64,000 bases of DNA. Source: Lingula anatina. Its lineage: Eukaryota; Animalia; Brachiopoda. A program made the translations under genes and the position numbers. Where the stretch lies: positions 6,758,001 through 6,822,000 of the forward strand of contig CM120649.1 in NCBI GenBank assembly GCA_051362555.1, in the 5' to 3' direction. Shown here one piece after another: positions 32,784 to 46,435 of this stretch; positions within the stretch are counted from its first letter, which is position 1; each line of letters starts with the position of its first letter. The notes beneath the pieces were generated by a model, which saw only the letters and a list, made by a program, of their open reading frames with translations, made no database searches and was not told where the DNA came from.

Positions 32784-35021
32784 ATGCATTTTTTTATCCA
32801 GCAAACCCAGGCTTATCAGGCCTTAGAAATACACAGGTCTGCACATCAGCATCTATTATCTAGAAACTGTGAAATCTGATCAGTTTAGTTTTCTTGTATT
32901 TCAGCTATACCAGAGCTCCAGTCAGTGATAGGCTTGGAGAACGCACAGGGAGTTATCTCTGCCTCATCTGGGAAAGCACAACAGGCTGCTCTGAAACAGG
33001 CATTCACTGCGCTGATGTCATGTGACCCCAAGATCGTAGAGACAAACTTACAGGCACTTATTAGCAAAGTTCAGGAGAGAGGTGAATATTTGGTTCAAAC
33101 TATCGAAATGTCTAAATTTAATTTATTTGTTTGATCATATCTACAAATGTTATTTCGTCACTGATTTGAACATGTTTCAGTATACAATCATGCTATAGTA
33201 AAACATGCATAATATCTTAAATGAGCAGTTTGTTTATATTCCTTCTCAGTACACACTAACATTTATTACTTTCCACACCAGTTGCTGCCAAAGAAGATGT
33301 GAGTGATGTGGAAGGAGAACTGCTGTTACGTCTGAACCAGGAGTTTCCAGGAGATGTGGGCTGTTTCTGTATCTACTTCCTCAATGTTATGAATCTACAG
33401 CCTGGAGAGTCCATGTTCCTGGAAGCTAACCTGCCACATGCTTATCTCAAAGGAGGTATAGGTTTTATTTAAATTCATGTAGTATAAGCTATTTTTTCTT
33501 GAGATATTTATACATGGCTTAGAAAAAATTCATGTTCTCCACGTTCTTGGAGGCCAAGCTGCCACATGCCTATCTCAGAAAAGGTAGAAATGAATTATTT
33601 ATTATGTACATGTATTTTTAATTCATGTCAATTTTGTTCTTTTTTTCTTAACAGGAGAACAACTCTTCATGTGATATTCAAAATTCCACAATAAATACAT
33701 TGTAAACAACACAGAAATATAATAAATTTCACTTTACCTCCAAAACTGAGGTTTTTGCAATTATTTTTAAATCTCTGCTTGGCCTTTTATAGATGGCTAC
33801 CCATTGTAATTATCTCCTTAGACATTATTATTATTATTATTATTAATAATCTCCTTAGAGATTATTGCAAAGAAACACAATTTTTAAAAAGCCAGTCAAA
33901 GTTAAATGTCAAAACAGATTCATTAACCCAGAATGCCCAGTAAGTATTCGAAATTCATCGTTTATCAATGGGTAGCATTCCCAGAGATTTAGATCAATCC
34001 AGAGATTTAGATTTAGATCGACCTAACTCCCTGGGGGTTCACGCTAAATTACAGTCAGCCGAGCACGCACCATAGTTTATTACCCCCTTACTATAGCATG
34101 ATTGTATACTGAAACATGTTCAAATCATGTTAGTGAGACTCCCCACAGGGATAGATTGACCTAAAATCTATGGGATTGGGGTCATAGTGAAATCCATTTT
34201 ATGGCACTTTTCCCATCAAAATGAAGAGTTATGATCCTTTTAAGTTACTCATACGTGGTAATGAGAAAGCAGTTCTTTTTTTAGGGGAAGAAATTTGATT
34301 ATAACAGGAATTTGAACAAGTTGTATTTATAACACTTTATGTTATGTATTTTTAGATTGTATTGAATGTATGGCGTGCTCAGACAATGTAGTACGGGCTG
34401 GCCTTACGCCAAAGTTTAAAGATGTTCCTACACTCTGTGACATGCTCATCTATGAACCGAAGTCTGCCAAAGAAAATCTGTTTGACAGCATTAAGGATAG
34501 CAAAGACGGCAACATCACACACTACCAACCAAATATCCCTGACTTTGCTGTTGATAAATATGAGGTTGGTATGAAGTTAATGATAGTATGTTTGCAGTTT
34601 ACCAGTATGTTTTGGCAGTGTGTGTTTGTGTATGTTAGTGCAAGATTGACAGTAAAATAAACCGTATTTAGGATGCAAATATAAACTAAGGTCAGCCTAT
34701 CCAAACATTTGTGTAATTATCTGATTTCTTAAATCAAATTTTGTAGTATGATTTTCATCCCATCTTAATGAATAATTCATTTCAATACACTACACCCTCC
34801 AGCTCTCCCAAGATATCAAAGAGTACACCATCCCAAGTATGGATAGTGCCAGCATTGTTCTAGTTATAAAGGGAGAAGCAGAGGGAAAGAACCAAACTCT
34901 AGGAGACGAGGCCTTACAGCTACAGAGGGGTACTGTGCTGTTCATAGCAGCCAACCAAGAGGTGCAGCTTACTCTGAAAGGATCAGATATACTCATGTTC
35001 AGGGCATATTGTGGCATATAG
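30636..35021 (+). CDS. MPI: Mannose-6-phosphate isomerase (type I PMI), 8 coding exons
   Basis: Exons 30636-30651, 31493-31620, about 31942-32142, 32461-32602, about 32905-33081, 33282-33455, about 34356-34565, about 34803-35021. Motifs [63 protein letters not shown]. Confidence 0.96.
32290..32344. repeat. (TTA)n microsatellite
   Basis: Direct reading, MPI intron 3. Confidence 0.9.
32697..32779. repeat. Compound (CA)n(GA)n microsatellite
   Basis: Direct reading, MPI intron 4. Confidence 0.9.
33162..34127. repeat. Perfect 40-bp inverted repeat (33162-33201 and 34088-34127) flanking MPI exon 6
   Basis: TGATTTGAACATGTTTCAGTATACAATCATGCTATAGTAA and its exact reverse complement. Confidence 0.92.
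33970..34183. mobile_element. Degenerate MITE, probably related to the 41167-41409 element
   Basis: Imperfect terminal inverted similarity (TCCCAGAGATTTAGATC...CCCTGGGGG versus rc TCCCATAGATTTTAGGTC...CCCTGTGGGGAG). Shares TCCCATAG and CTGTGGGGA blocks with the PCID2 MITE. Confidence 0.5.
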
Positions 35022-37111
35022 AATGTTTTGATAGTGTATACTTTAGTATATATTTTAATATACATGAATATTTGAGGTAGCCTATAGGAATTATTACCTA
35101 CCAGGGTATTGGCTTGAAGGTGTGTTTAGATATAACTTAGACTGAAACTTACATGGGAGAATTGTCAGGTGTGTTCAGATTTAACTTAGACTGGAACTGG
35201 TTTGGGTCAAAAACGAGTGATAAGGCGAGCAGATTGATGATGAACCTGTAATGGAACACCTTTTAAATCTGTAGAAAAAAAATTACCATCTGCAAATATT
35301 ACCAGATCAAGTGGGTCTAATCATTTGTTGGTGAAAATTCTATTATAAAAGTGCACTCAACAAAAAGCACTGAAAATACATGTAACATTTGCATCTGCAT
35401 TAATACCCTCCAGTAAAATTTAGAGCCTAAGATCTACCTTTTTCAAATAAAAATCTAGTGACAAATTCTAGTCCTACCTAAACTGGTTCTAAGTTTTGTC
35501 TTAGTACGTCTATGATCATGGCATTCACATTATTTTCCTGTCCCACTGGTTGGGGTGTATGTACACAAAAAGGAAAGGGGGGGGGGGGGGCTAATTGAAG
35601 AAATATTGTTCCAAAATAGTAAGTTTGATTGACAACATGTTAAATGTATTGGGGTTGTACCCAAATGGGAATATAGAAAAGAAATGGAGGTTTGTTATTG
35701 TTTCTAAAATATGTGTGGAATGTGGCAGTTTTTTTAGACTTAGTGGAGTTTTATGAGGGGAGTGTGTGAAAAGTGTCTTGACATAGCTCAAATGGTCTTT
35801 TTGGGCCAAATTTTCATAGTTACAAATGTAGAGCTTGCCTGCATTGAAGAAAAGCAGGGATAGGATATTTCACTTGCTTTGAAACTGTGATATTTATGGT
35901 TGAGGTACATGTGTGTCAGTCAAGAAATATATGGGTGGATTTTAAGTGAGAGACCCAAGTTAATATCAGATTTTGGGCACAAGCAATCATCTCTGGCAAC
36001 GTTTTAACATCAGCATTTTCTAAGTCAACTTACTGTGATCTTGTTACTTACACAATCAAGTTGAATATAGATACACACATGGTTTTGATTTGTTGGAAAA
36101 AAGTGGCTCAGTGGCCTTGTGACAGGGGGTCTGTGGGCTGTTAAAGGTGGAAATTGCCAAGAAAAAAGGATCAGGTTTCTGATTAAATTACTGGGAAAAT
36201 CATGTCTGGAGTTTTGATATTATATTTTTGTTGGAACATTTAACTCTACAGACATCACTTATTGGGGCAGAATTGTGTCAGTGTTATGGTTAACAAATAA
36301 AGGTTACAATTAATAAACAAACTGGAAATATGCCATGCATTATTATTGAATTTTCAGTATGCATCACAACCAAAACACGATTCTCTTCTTTCAGAATCAC
36401 ATTTGGCAAAGGATATAAAAATCTTAAATCGACTTTAATGAGATACGTATCCTAATCAGAGATTATTTTTGATGTAAAAATTATGTGATCCACATCTGAC
36501 CACTTCAAGTGATCTTGGACACGATCAGATATCTTAGATTTATGTTTCACCCTTCTGACATTTTCAGATTTAAAGCAACTCCTGTTCATGAAGTTTTCTG
36601 CATGTGTGTCTTTTCTCATACATTGTCCTCCCACAGTGCATGTACACAGAGAATTCAAAATTCTTAATGCAAAAATCATTTCCACCTGGTTTAAATTGGT
36701 GATATATACTTTCATATAAAAGGCTGACATTGTACATGTATGACACTGAATAAACTACCATATTTGATCACTCTAACTTAAATCAATCTCAATAACTGTC
36801 TTCATATGAGATAAAATAATCGTTATTTTTTTGGAGATTGGTCCATATTTGTTATATGACTACAACAGTACGATACTGAGTGTATGTCCATGACAATAAA
36901 CTGTCTCCACTAATGTTCTCGTTAGTGGAAATGAGCCCATATTTGGTAAAATTCCACAGAACCACCTCCATACATGGTCATGTTGACAGAGGAGAGGGAA
37001 AGAGCCCATATTTGGTATGTCTCATCAAAACCCTCCCCATATATGGTCATGCGACAAAGGAGAGCCCATATTTGGTAACAATATCTGCACGTTAATGATC
37101 CTGCTATCCAA

Positions 37112-40100
37112 TCATGTTAATGATGAGAGTGGTGGAAATGGATTCTGTTTGCTGACGACGACTTTCTGGTGCTGGTGGGAAATATAGCCCTTGATTTTAC
37201 CCTGCAAACAAAAGACAACTGTCAAATTGAAGATAAACAAATAACAAGTACAAGAATGTCTTTTCAAGGAAAAATTCTGCAATAATACACTCAACACTTG
37301 AATGCAATGATCTTCGGGTCATAAAAATGTCCAAATTATTCTAAAGGTTAGAAATTCATGCTGTAATAATGCTGACAAAAATAGTCTTAAACCAAAAAAA
37401 ATAAATAAATAAAAATTAAATTAAATTTTAAAAAAATAAAACTTGAGTAAAAAGCTTTTTCACCTACATTTGAGGAATAAATTCAATATTTCGCTTTTAA
37501 GACAAACAGTAACAGTCTATTAGCAGGTTATCAATTTTTAGTGCTCTTTAAAAGCAAATAACAATAATAATAATAAAAATTAAGGTTACTCACCTCATAT
37601 ATCAAGTTGGCTAGTATACACTGAGCTTCATCATTATCAATGTCCTCCACCTGAAACAACAACAACAACAGCTCCACATTCACATTTCATGAGAACTTTA
37701 TTCCACAAAAATATAGTCTTCATTACTTTATCTTAAGGACAGTCACAACAAAAAAGATAATGTTCTGATCAAAACTCTCATATAACCATCCTGTCACCGT
37801 ATTTTCCTCTCAAGCAAAGTGTCTAAATTAATGCAGACAGAAATGCAACTTTCTTCTTCTTTGCTAAGATGCTGACAAGGCAAAGTGAAAAAGGCACCAA
37901 TGCACACAAACAGGAGGAAAGTCTGAGAAACCCTCACCTGCATCATTCTGAGAGCCACCACAAAAGCATCTACTGGCAACTGATGTGTTTTCAGGATGAG
38001 GTATCTGGAAAAATAAAACAAGAAAATATGTCATCTCTTCATATATATCAATATATAACATTTTCATTTTTTAATATGTGGTTTGGCACTGCAAAGCCAT
38101 GTTTTAATCTTTCAAGTTATACTCGGATTTTCAAGATGAGTTGTGTCAAAGCTAAGTTCTCAAATGAAACAAAAATAATGAAATTAAAAATCCGTGTTCA
38201 CAACATATGCAAAATGGAACAGATTGTTCTCAAACAAAACAAACAAACAAACAAATAAACAAACAAACAAACAAAAAACTCCACCTGTGACACACTGGTA
38301 TATTTTCGGACAAACAAACCAAAATAATAATACTCACACTTTCTTGAAAAGATTCCTGTACGTTATGATCTTCAGTTTTTCTAGTATCAGGTAAACGCCA
38401 CACTTGATAAAGAACACCTCGTGTTTCTGCATGGCTTCTGTGAGTTTCAGAAGATTGCCAGCTCTAAAATTGATTTTGTGAATAAGATTAGTAAATTAAA
38501 TACACAGTGAATTGCAATGCCACAGAATATCAAAGGAAATTCTGCTAGTAATAAACAAATAACCAGTTTATACAGGTATCTTATGAAAATGTTTGCTAAA
38601 ACCAAAATGACAACTGACTATGGACCAAAAAGTAATAATTAATAATGAAACCTGTTCAATCAATTTTTCAATGACTTGTCGAAATACAAAATTTGGCTAA
38701 AAAATCACACAGAGTTTTCAGTAAGCATTAACATTTCTGAGTTAATCAAAAGTGAAGACTAAGCACAGTTTCTTTGTCAAAAGAATATAATTAACATGGA
38801 ATAAGATGTCTCCATATGTAAAGATGATCTCGTTTCCTCAACTGACTTACTTGACAGCCTTCACCACATCAGCAAACTGGAGGAGATCATACTTCAACAA
38901 AAGCTCGATCTTTGGCATGTGACCCTGAAATAGGCTTAGTTTTATTGGCCTGTTTGAGACAGATACATCACAAATGACATTAATTAAAATTGTACTGTTG
39001 ATTGTTTTAGATGCATATATGAATATGTACATTTTTTCACAGTGATGGTTAACTTGAACCTTTATAGAATGCTTAGGGTGGAAAAAGTTTTATTCATCCG
39101 AGCAGAAAGATTATTACTATATTATTACATTAAATCATGGAAATTGTATGCCTGTATTTCTTACTTTCATTGCACAGCAAATCTAAGATGAAAACTTTTT
39201 CGAAATGTAATTTGGAAGTATAAGCAGGCCTGTAATCCTCAAGACTAGGCCAAATAGATGCTGCAGTTCACTTCATTCTGCCCAGCTTACCAAAAGCATC
39301 TTCACAGATAACAAATAAATGAGGATGAGTCTTTTGTTTCTCTTGGCAGAATAGTGACACCTCTCAAATGCGAAGGTTAAATATTCCTCAGCTGCAGAAG
39401 AAAGAATAATAATATCAACAAAATGAAATATTTAAAAAATAGCATAAATTGCACCTAGGCTTCAGGATAAAGCATACAAGCGGCAAACAGATAATGTCAA
39501 AAAAAGTTTTTTTTCACTATTATAAGTAATATTGTTTGCCCTTTATAATCCCTGTTATACACCTTTACTTTTTCAACAACACAATCCCCTCTTCCTACTT
39601 AAAAAGAAAAGAATTTTTAAACATTTTGAAGTCAATACCAAACATTGCTCTTCTTAATAGTATTTGTCAAAGACGATTTTTTTTTAATTAAAAAATTGCT
39701 TGTCCCCCCCCCCCCCCCCCCCAAACCCAACAGGCCCCACATTCAATTAAAATATGATTGTTACCTGTTTTGAAATCACTGTCAAACATGGCTTTCCTTC
39801 CCACATAATACCGGAATGTGATCATCTGTGAAATACTGAACCTGTCCCTGATTGGTAAACTCTCTATAGCACGGATGAGGGGTTTGCACAGGTGGAGTTT
39901 GTTAATCTGTAAAAGCAATTCCTTTCCACCCTTAGCATATGTAGCAAGTTTTACATAACAAATTGGGCATTTCTGTGTTGAAAAATGGCCGACATTGAAA
40001 AAGATTCCATTTGACTGTAAAAATATGGTGCTTTAAGTTCTTCGCTGCATGTGAGAATCTAAATTGAAAACAATTAATTTATATATTCTGTATATATTAA

Positions 40101-42218
40101 AACAAAATGAACATGCTGGGCATGTTTTAATAATTGTATGCTGAACTTTCTCACCTTGAAGTATATCTTAAACAGCTGATTGACTATATTCAACATTCCC
40201 CACTTTTTAGAATCTTCTACTGCAGCACGACTGAAAACACAATTTTATATATCAAAGGCACATTTGAACCCAGTGTCTGAGGAATGTGGGTTCCCAGTAA
40301 CACATATAAGCCAATTCTACTAGCTTCTTATACGACTCAAATAAAGTTGACATGTTAAGGGATAAACTGTATTAATCATTTGATCAGCCATAAAATAGTT
40401 TTAAACTACACTTTCTTCAATTAATTAAGTTGTACATGAGCTTATATCTGCACTCTGAGTGTGAATATTTTGTAAAACCAATTCTCATATGATGTTGGAG
40501 GATTCAAGATGTTTGATGGAATTTTAATTATCAAGACTATATTTATGTATATACCACCAATATGAATGTGGAGCATGGTTTGAAAGAACTCTATATTATT
40601 ATTATTACTATTATTATTATATACTGACTTGTCACTAGCACACACTCTGAAGATCTGCATCAAGAGTTCTGCAGCTTTCTCCAGCATGTCCCCAGGCTTG
40701 CCACGCCCCCTTTTCAACAACTGGATGTCAGCCTAGAAGTTCATAAAAAAAACTAAGATTTAGAAATAAAATAAATATAAGCAAAATGATATCCAGAGAG
40801 CAAGATATTGTTGTATGTCCAGACATATTTAATTTTTGTTTTTTTATTTTTAATATTTCCACACAGCAATTACAACTTAACAAATATTTTCATCAACTTG
40901 GTGTAGATATAGTTCAAAGATTGTTATATGTTTTATGAAAGTTTATATGTGGTTATGCCCAATCATCTAACAGGAAATAAGAATTACAGTATTCACTTAT
41001 TGAAGGCATACACTGCCTTAAGCTAATAATGTTTCAACTACATAAACTTGTCAGCAAACGTAAAGTAAAAACTCAAATATTGTTCACTCGTCTAATCCAT
41101 AGAAAACAATCTAATAAACTTGAGCCTGCTGTGCCAAATTTATTTTTGGCTAGGTGTTGCTACTTAGCCCCCATTCCCATCTGTCTACATAGACAGATCA
41201 AACTCTGTGGGGACTCTTGCTGAGTGCAATCAGCTTTATTGACTAACATGCCCCCTCCTGACATTGAGTCGTTACAAAAAAGCTGGTGATTATTTGAGTA
41301 CATAAGAAACAAGAGGCCTATCATTCAGTTAAGCTGATTGCAATCAGCAAAAGTCCCCGCAAAGTTGAATCAATCCACCTAGACCGATGGTGTCTATGGG
41401 AATTTGGCCTTACACTGTTGGCAAACAGCCGGAGGTCCAGGCAGACAGCATACATGACAGGGAGACTCCAATTCTCATCTTTCTGAGCCTGAAATATCTT
41501 GTTGAAGGTTGTAAATACTTTGTTAAGGGAAAGTAGACAACATTTTTATTTGTTTGTTTGTTTCTAACTTAATGACAGCTGATGAACCTGAATTTCAGTC
41601 ATCCAAACCATAATTCACAAAAATCTCTTAAATGTACTTAAATACAAAGAAAATGAAAGAAAATATGTTGCATGCTGACAACATTGAGATGTAACAGAAA
41701 ACTGGCCTTGGGGCACTTTGCATTAATAAATACCCCTTCTTCTTTTCTGAAACAATCATATGAATCATGCAGTATGATATCTAAAATTCTAATGTTAACC
41801 ACCCCCCCCTCCCCCAACAGCACACACACACACACATTAATCTCACAAAGACAAGTATTTCATATCACTATAACACTTCTCAAGGATATGAGACAGCATG
41901 TGACTGGCAGCCATATGCTTCCACAAAATCATGGTTGGCCACCGCCCATGTACACCTGAAAGAGTAAAAAAGAAGTCTTTAAAACTGAAGAAAATTAGGA
42001 AACACAAGTTTTTTCATTGGAAAATCCTACGCAATTCTAAAAAGTTCAAACTTAAGCAATTTCCATAGAGTTACAGTTTTGAAAATAAAATCTAGTGTTT
42101 AAAATGTGTAACTTATTGGCAACAGTATAAAAGTCAGAAAAATAACTCAGAGAGGAAAGTTTCATGACAAGTGTAGATGGTTTTTAAACTGACCTTTTGT
42201 GGTCTACTTTTTATTTTT

Positions 42219-42265
<47 letters not shown>

Positions 42266-43558
42266 TTCACTAGTACCATGCTTTAAGCCCAACCTTAGAT
42301 GTGCAGCTACTAACTCATCCCAAGGCTGCTCAAAGAAGCGTTCACAAGGTGCTTCTGGTCTCTCCAGCTGTAGTCGCGAGTTCGCAATGTGTGGATGCTT
42401 GAAAGAAAGCAGCTCCTGTAAAGACAGTTATAATATGTTTTAAGCATTTCTTAAAATATTCAAAACCAAAATATGATGTTTAGTTTGGGGTGCAATACTC
42501 ATGGATATTCTGCCCCTTGGTGATGTATGTTTCAAAGGATTTATTATTCTTAACTAGGGATTAAAAACAAGCAGATTACCATGCAGCTATCTAAAACAAA
42601 CATAGAAACAAAATAACTAAATACATGGATCTAATGACTGTTTTAACATTTTTATTACAATAGTTGTGAAACAGAATATCTTTAGTATTTTAACAGACAC
42701 CATAAAGTCTGTCTGACATGGTTACTGGTAAGTGTCTACACTATGATTGTACACTACAGAGTGTACTTAACAAATATCCCTTACCCCAAGCAACAAGCCA
42801 TCCTTTGCATTAATTGACTCTTCAACCTACAATGATACAATAATCTAATTACTTATTGAATATGTTGATCGTTTGGTTAGCATACTACTATAGGGATGTT
42901 CTAAAATTGCCAAATGATGGTTTAACTGGGTGTATAAACCTAAGAACCCCACATAAAAAGACCCTAGACATCTGCACTAGTCTACCATGATGAAAAAAAC
43001 TCTATAAGATGTGTGGAGACTATTAGCAGTAAGTGTGGTGCATCAATTCTGGCATCATGTAGATACTATTTGTACTCTAAAGCAATTTTATGTGGTTTTT
43101 AGGGCTTGTGTACTTGGTTTATTGATCCTATGGCAATTTTACATCACTCCTTCACTAACCAAAAAGCATACGTACATTCTAAAAAATTCAAGTAATTTTC
43201 GATAATTTTTAGTTACTTTTCCCACAATTTAGGCTTCAAGCATGTTCAGTTCTTGTCATACTGCATATAACAGTTACTTGCGAACAGCAGTGCAGTCATA
43301 TTATCATACACTTCATTTATTTTCTTAATTTTGAAGAACAAGACTGAGATTTGAGGTTTACTGGTAGCTACAGCAGTGTGACACTTTATTAAGTTTCTTA
43401 AATGTAAATGTACCACGTGCACAACAATTAACGGACGAATTAAGTTATAAACAGGTCTTTAATTTGACCTAAAGTTTTTGTAAATCCATGCTTGTCAAGG
43501 GCTTGCTAAAGATGAAATTTACCTGCTGCAAGTACTGGTTCAAGCTTGTGTGTGCCAT
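37112..43558 (-). CDS. PCID2: PCI domain-containing protein 2 (TREX-2 subunit)
   Basis: Starts [12 protein letters not shown] (43523-43558). Further exons encode [98 protein letters not shown], and end [26 protein letters not shown]. Matches the known PCID2 sequence along its length. Confidence 0.96.
41167..41409. mobile_element. Tourist/Harbinger-type MITE, 243 bp, imperfect TIRs of about 75 bp, TSD TTA
   Basis: TTA at 41164-41166 and 41410-41412. Arms share GGGGACT(C/T)TTGCTGA(G/T)TGCAATCAGCTT in inverted orientation. Confidence 0.8.
41511..41889 (-). other. U12-type (minor spliceosome) AT-AC intron in PCID2
   Basis: 5' end ATATCCTTG, branch site TCCCTTAAC about 11-19 nt before the terminal AC. 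Splicing restores the frame ([18 protein letters not shown]). Confidence 0.93.
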
Positions 43559-44121
43559 GCTTGTAAACAGTGGTGAATGTAGATGGCGCTGTAAAAGAAG
43601 ACGAGGCACTCAAATTACAACGGACTGTAGCCAGTCACTGTCAGATGTTCGCTGCGTGTTAGAAAACGCGTAAAGATGCCGGAACCAGGAATGACATCCT
43701 CTCATGCCCAGACTATATCCAGTGCATTATCATGCAAAAGGTTTGCAAAAGACGCACCAAAAAACACTGCCTCAGTCCTGGGACTTTTAATAGGCCTACT
43801 TTTAAAAAAGAATTATATTTGGTATTTCCTTAATGGTTTTTTTTTTTCTAAAAACGTGTTTAGATGATCAAACTTGACTACATTAGGAATAAGGAATCCA
43901 TTTTTGATGGAAGCAATTGGCGGCCATTAAAAATGCGCCTCGAATCCAAAATGACCGTCATCCGCTAATGTGAAAGTGGATATGATTTTGCTATTTTATA
44001 TTGGTTTTTGAAGCGTTTGACCTACTTACAGTACATATACGCGTGATATTTTGATTCTTACTATTTTAGGGGTGCAAAAGCCTATCTTGACACGATGAAG
44101 ATAGGCTATTGTGAGAATGAA

Positions 44122-46402
44122 ATGAAAAAAAAAGTAACTGTAACCCTATACCACCCCACTTATGGTGGGAACATTTTAATAATCTCATGAATAGAAGTCT
44201 ACAACATGAGGACCCCAAATTTGAATCCCTAATTAATGAATTCTTTAATGGTATTAAAAACGGTACTTTCAATGAACTTGACTACCTACTTACTGTAAAT
44301 GAAATAAAAAAGGCTTCTACAAAACTTAAGAATAATAAATCCTCTGGCCCAGATGGCATACCTAATGAAATGATCAAAGAGGGTATTCACAGACTGGCAG
44401 CCCCCCTGTGTATTCTCTTCAACCACATTCTCACAAATGGAACATTCCCTACACTTTGGAGAACAAGCTTTCTAACAGTTATACACAAAAAGGGTGACAA
44501 AACAGATCCAAATAACTATAGAGGAATTGCTGTCACTAGCAATATCTGTAAACTATTCTGTCTAATCCTGAACAACAGACTCACAACATATGTAGAAAAA
44601 CACAATATCATACCCCCAAATCAAATTGGTTTTAAAAAAGGAAGCCGCACCAGTGACCATATTTTAGTATTAAAAACCCTCATAGACAAATATGTTAAAA
44701 GGGCCTCTAAATCCAACCTCTTTGTTTGCTTTGTTGACTTTTCCTCTGCTTTCGATACCGTGTGGCGAAACGCCCTGTTCTACAAACTGACAAGGGCAGG
44801 CATCAATGGGAACTTTCTAAGAACCCTTCGTAATATGTACTCATCTGTGCGTTTTGCCGTCAAATGCAGAAATAGCATAACAAATAGTCTCTCGTCCTCT
44901 GTTGGTGTTAAGCAAGGCTGTAATCTCAGTCCACTCCTCTTTAATCTCTTCATAAGTGACCTGCCCTCAATTTTTAACGACAGATGTGACCCAGTGTCTC
45001 TGAATAATCAAAAATTAAATTGCCTATTATATGCAGACGATCTAGTAATTATGTCGGAAAGCAGTGCAGGTTTACAAACCGCAATAAATCAACTTCAGGC
45101 CTACTGCAAAAAATGGAAGCTACTAGTGAACATCACTAAAACAAAAGTCATGATATTCAATAAATCTGGCCACAAAATCCAGAAACAAATTTTCAAGTTT
45201 GGCGATATACCTCTAGAAATCTGTAGTGAATACTGCTATTTAGGACTTGTCTTTACTCCATCCGGAAGTTTCACCAAATCCCTTGAAATACTCAAATCAA
45301 AAGGGGGGAAAGCATTTTTCAAAATCCGCAATAAATTATTCACCAGCCCAGTGCCCATTTCCATGAAACTTTTTGACTCACTCATAGCTCCCATTCTTAC
45401 CTATGGCTCTGAAGTTTGGGCACCATACTTTGTCAAAAACTCAAGTAAAGACAGCTACTTCCTAATTTGTGACAAACTTTCCATTGAAACCTTACATCTC
45501 AAGGCCTGCAAAACTATCCTAGGTGTTAACCGAAAATCTCCCTCACATGCTGTCCGCGGAGAACTGGGCAGCTTCCCAATACTGACCACTGCCCACACAC
45601 TGGCCCTCAAATACTGGCACAGCCTCCAATATAAAAAGCACCATGACACCACCTCCTTAGTTACTCATGCACTTCATGAAAATGAAAATTTAAACAGACT
45701 TAAAACCTCAATCTGGTCAACCGGCATTAAAAATACACTGGCGCTCATTGGACGCCCTGACATTTGGGAGGACCCTTTTAAAATATCCATGACCGCACTC
45801 TCTTCCATAATAAAACCGCTTATCCAAATCTCTTATAGTTCGGCCTTTAAATCTCACCTAGCATCCCTGAACACGGAGGGCAAAAAATTACGTACCTACA
45901 GTACCTTCAAAAAAGATTTTAAAAGAGAAATATATACACAGTTAATCCACAAACCCAAATCTACATTCCTTTGCAAATTCAGGATAAGTGCCCACAATTT
46001 GGCAATTGAAAAGGGGAGACACATGAATCCTAAAATACCCATAGAGAAAAGGCTATGCACGGTGTGCAACATGGGGTCAGTTGAAGATGAGTTCCATTTT
46101 ATGATGATATGCCCCTCTTATGCTCCACTAAGAGCCATATTCCTTAACCAGGTTAAAGATATACTGGGCAGTGCAGCCCCTGAGTCCATCAGTGACCTTT
46201 TTATTACTGTACTGCAATGTAATGATTTTGATATTGCAAAATGCACAACTAATTTTCTTTATGATTGTTTTAAAGCTAGGGATATGAAAATTGCATCCAT
46301 GCTGAATAAAACCTAGATTAACTGATGATGCAGTTTTCATATCCCCCTAAATAATAGTTAGTTTTATATAAGGTTTAGTGTAGCCTATTCTAGTTGAATC
46401 AG

Positions 46403-46435
<33 letters not shown>

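Noticed and set aside
36840-37080. Repeat-spacer pattern resembling a CRISPR array
   Set aside because: Eukaryotic 3' region, only three 16-bp repeats, partly similar spacers, no cas genes.
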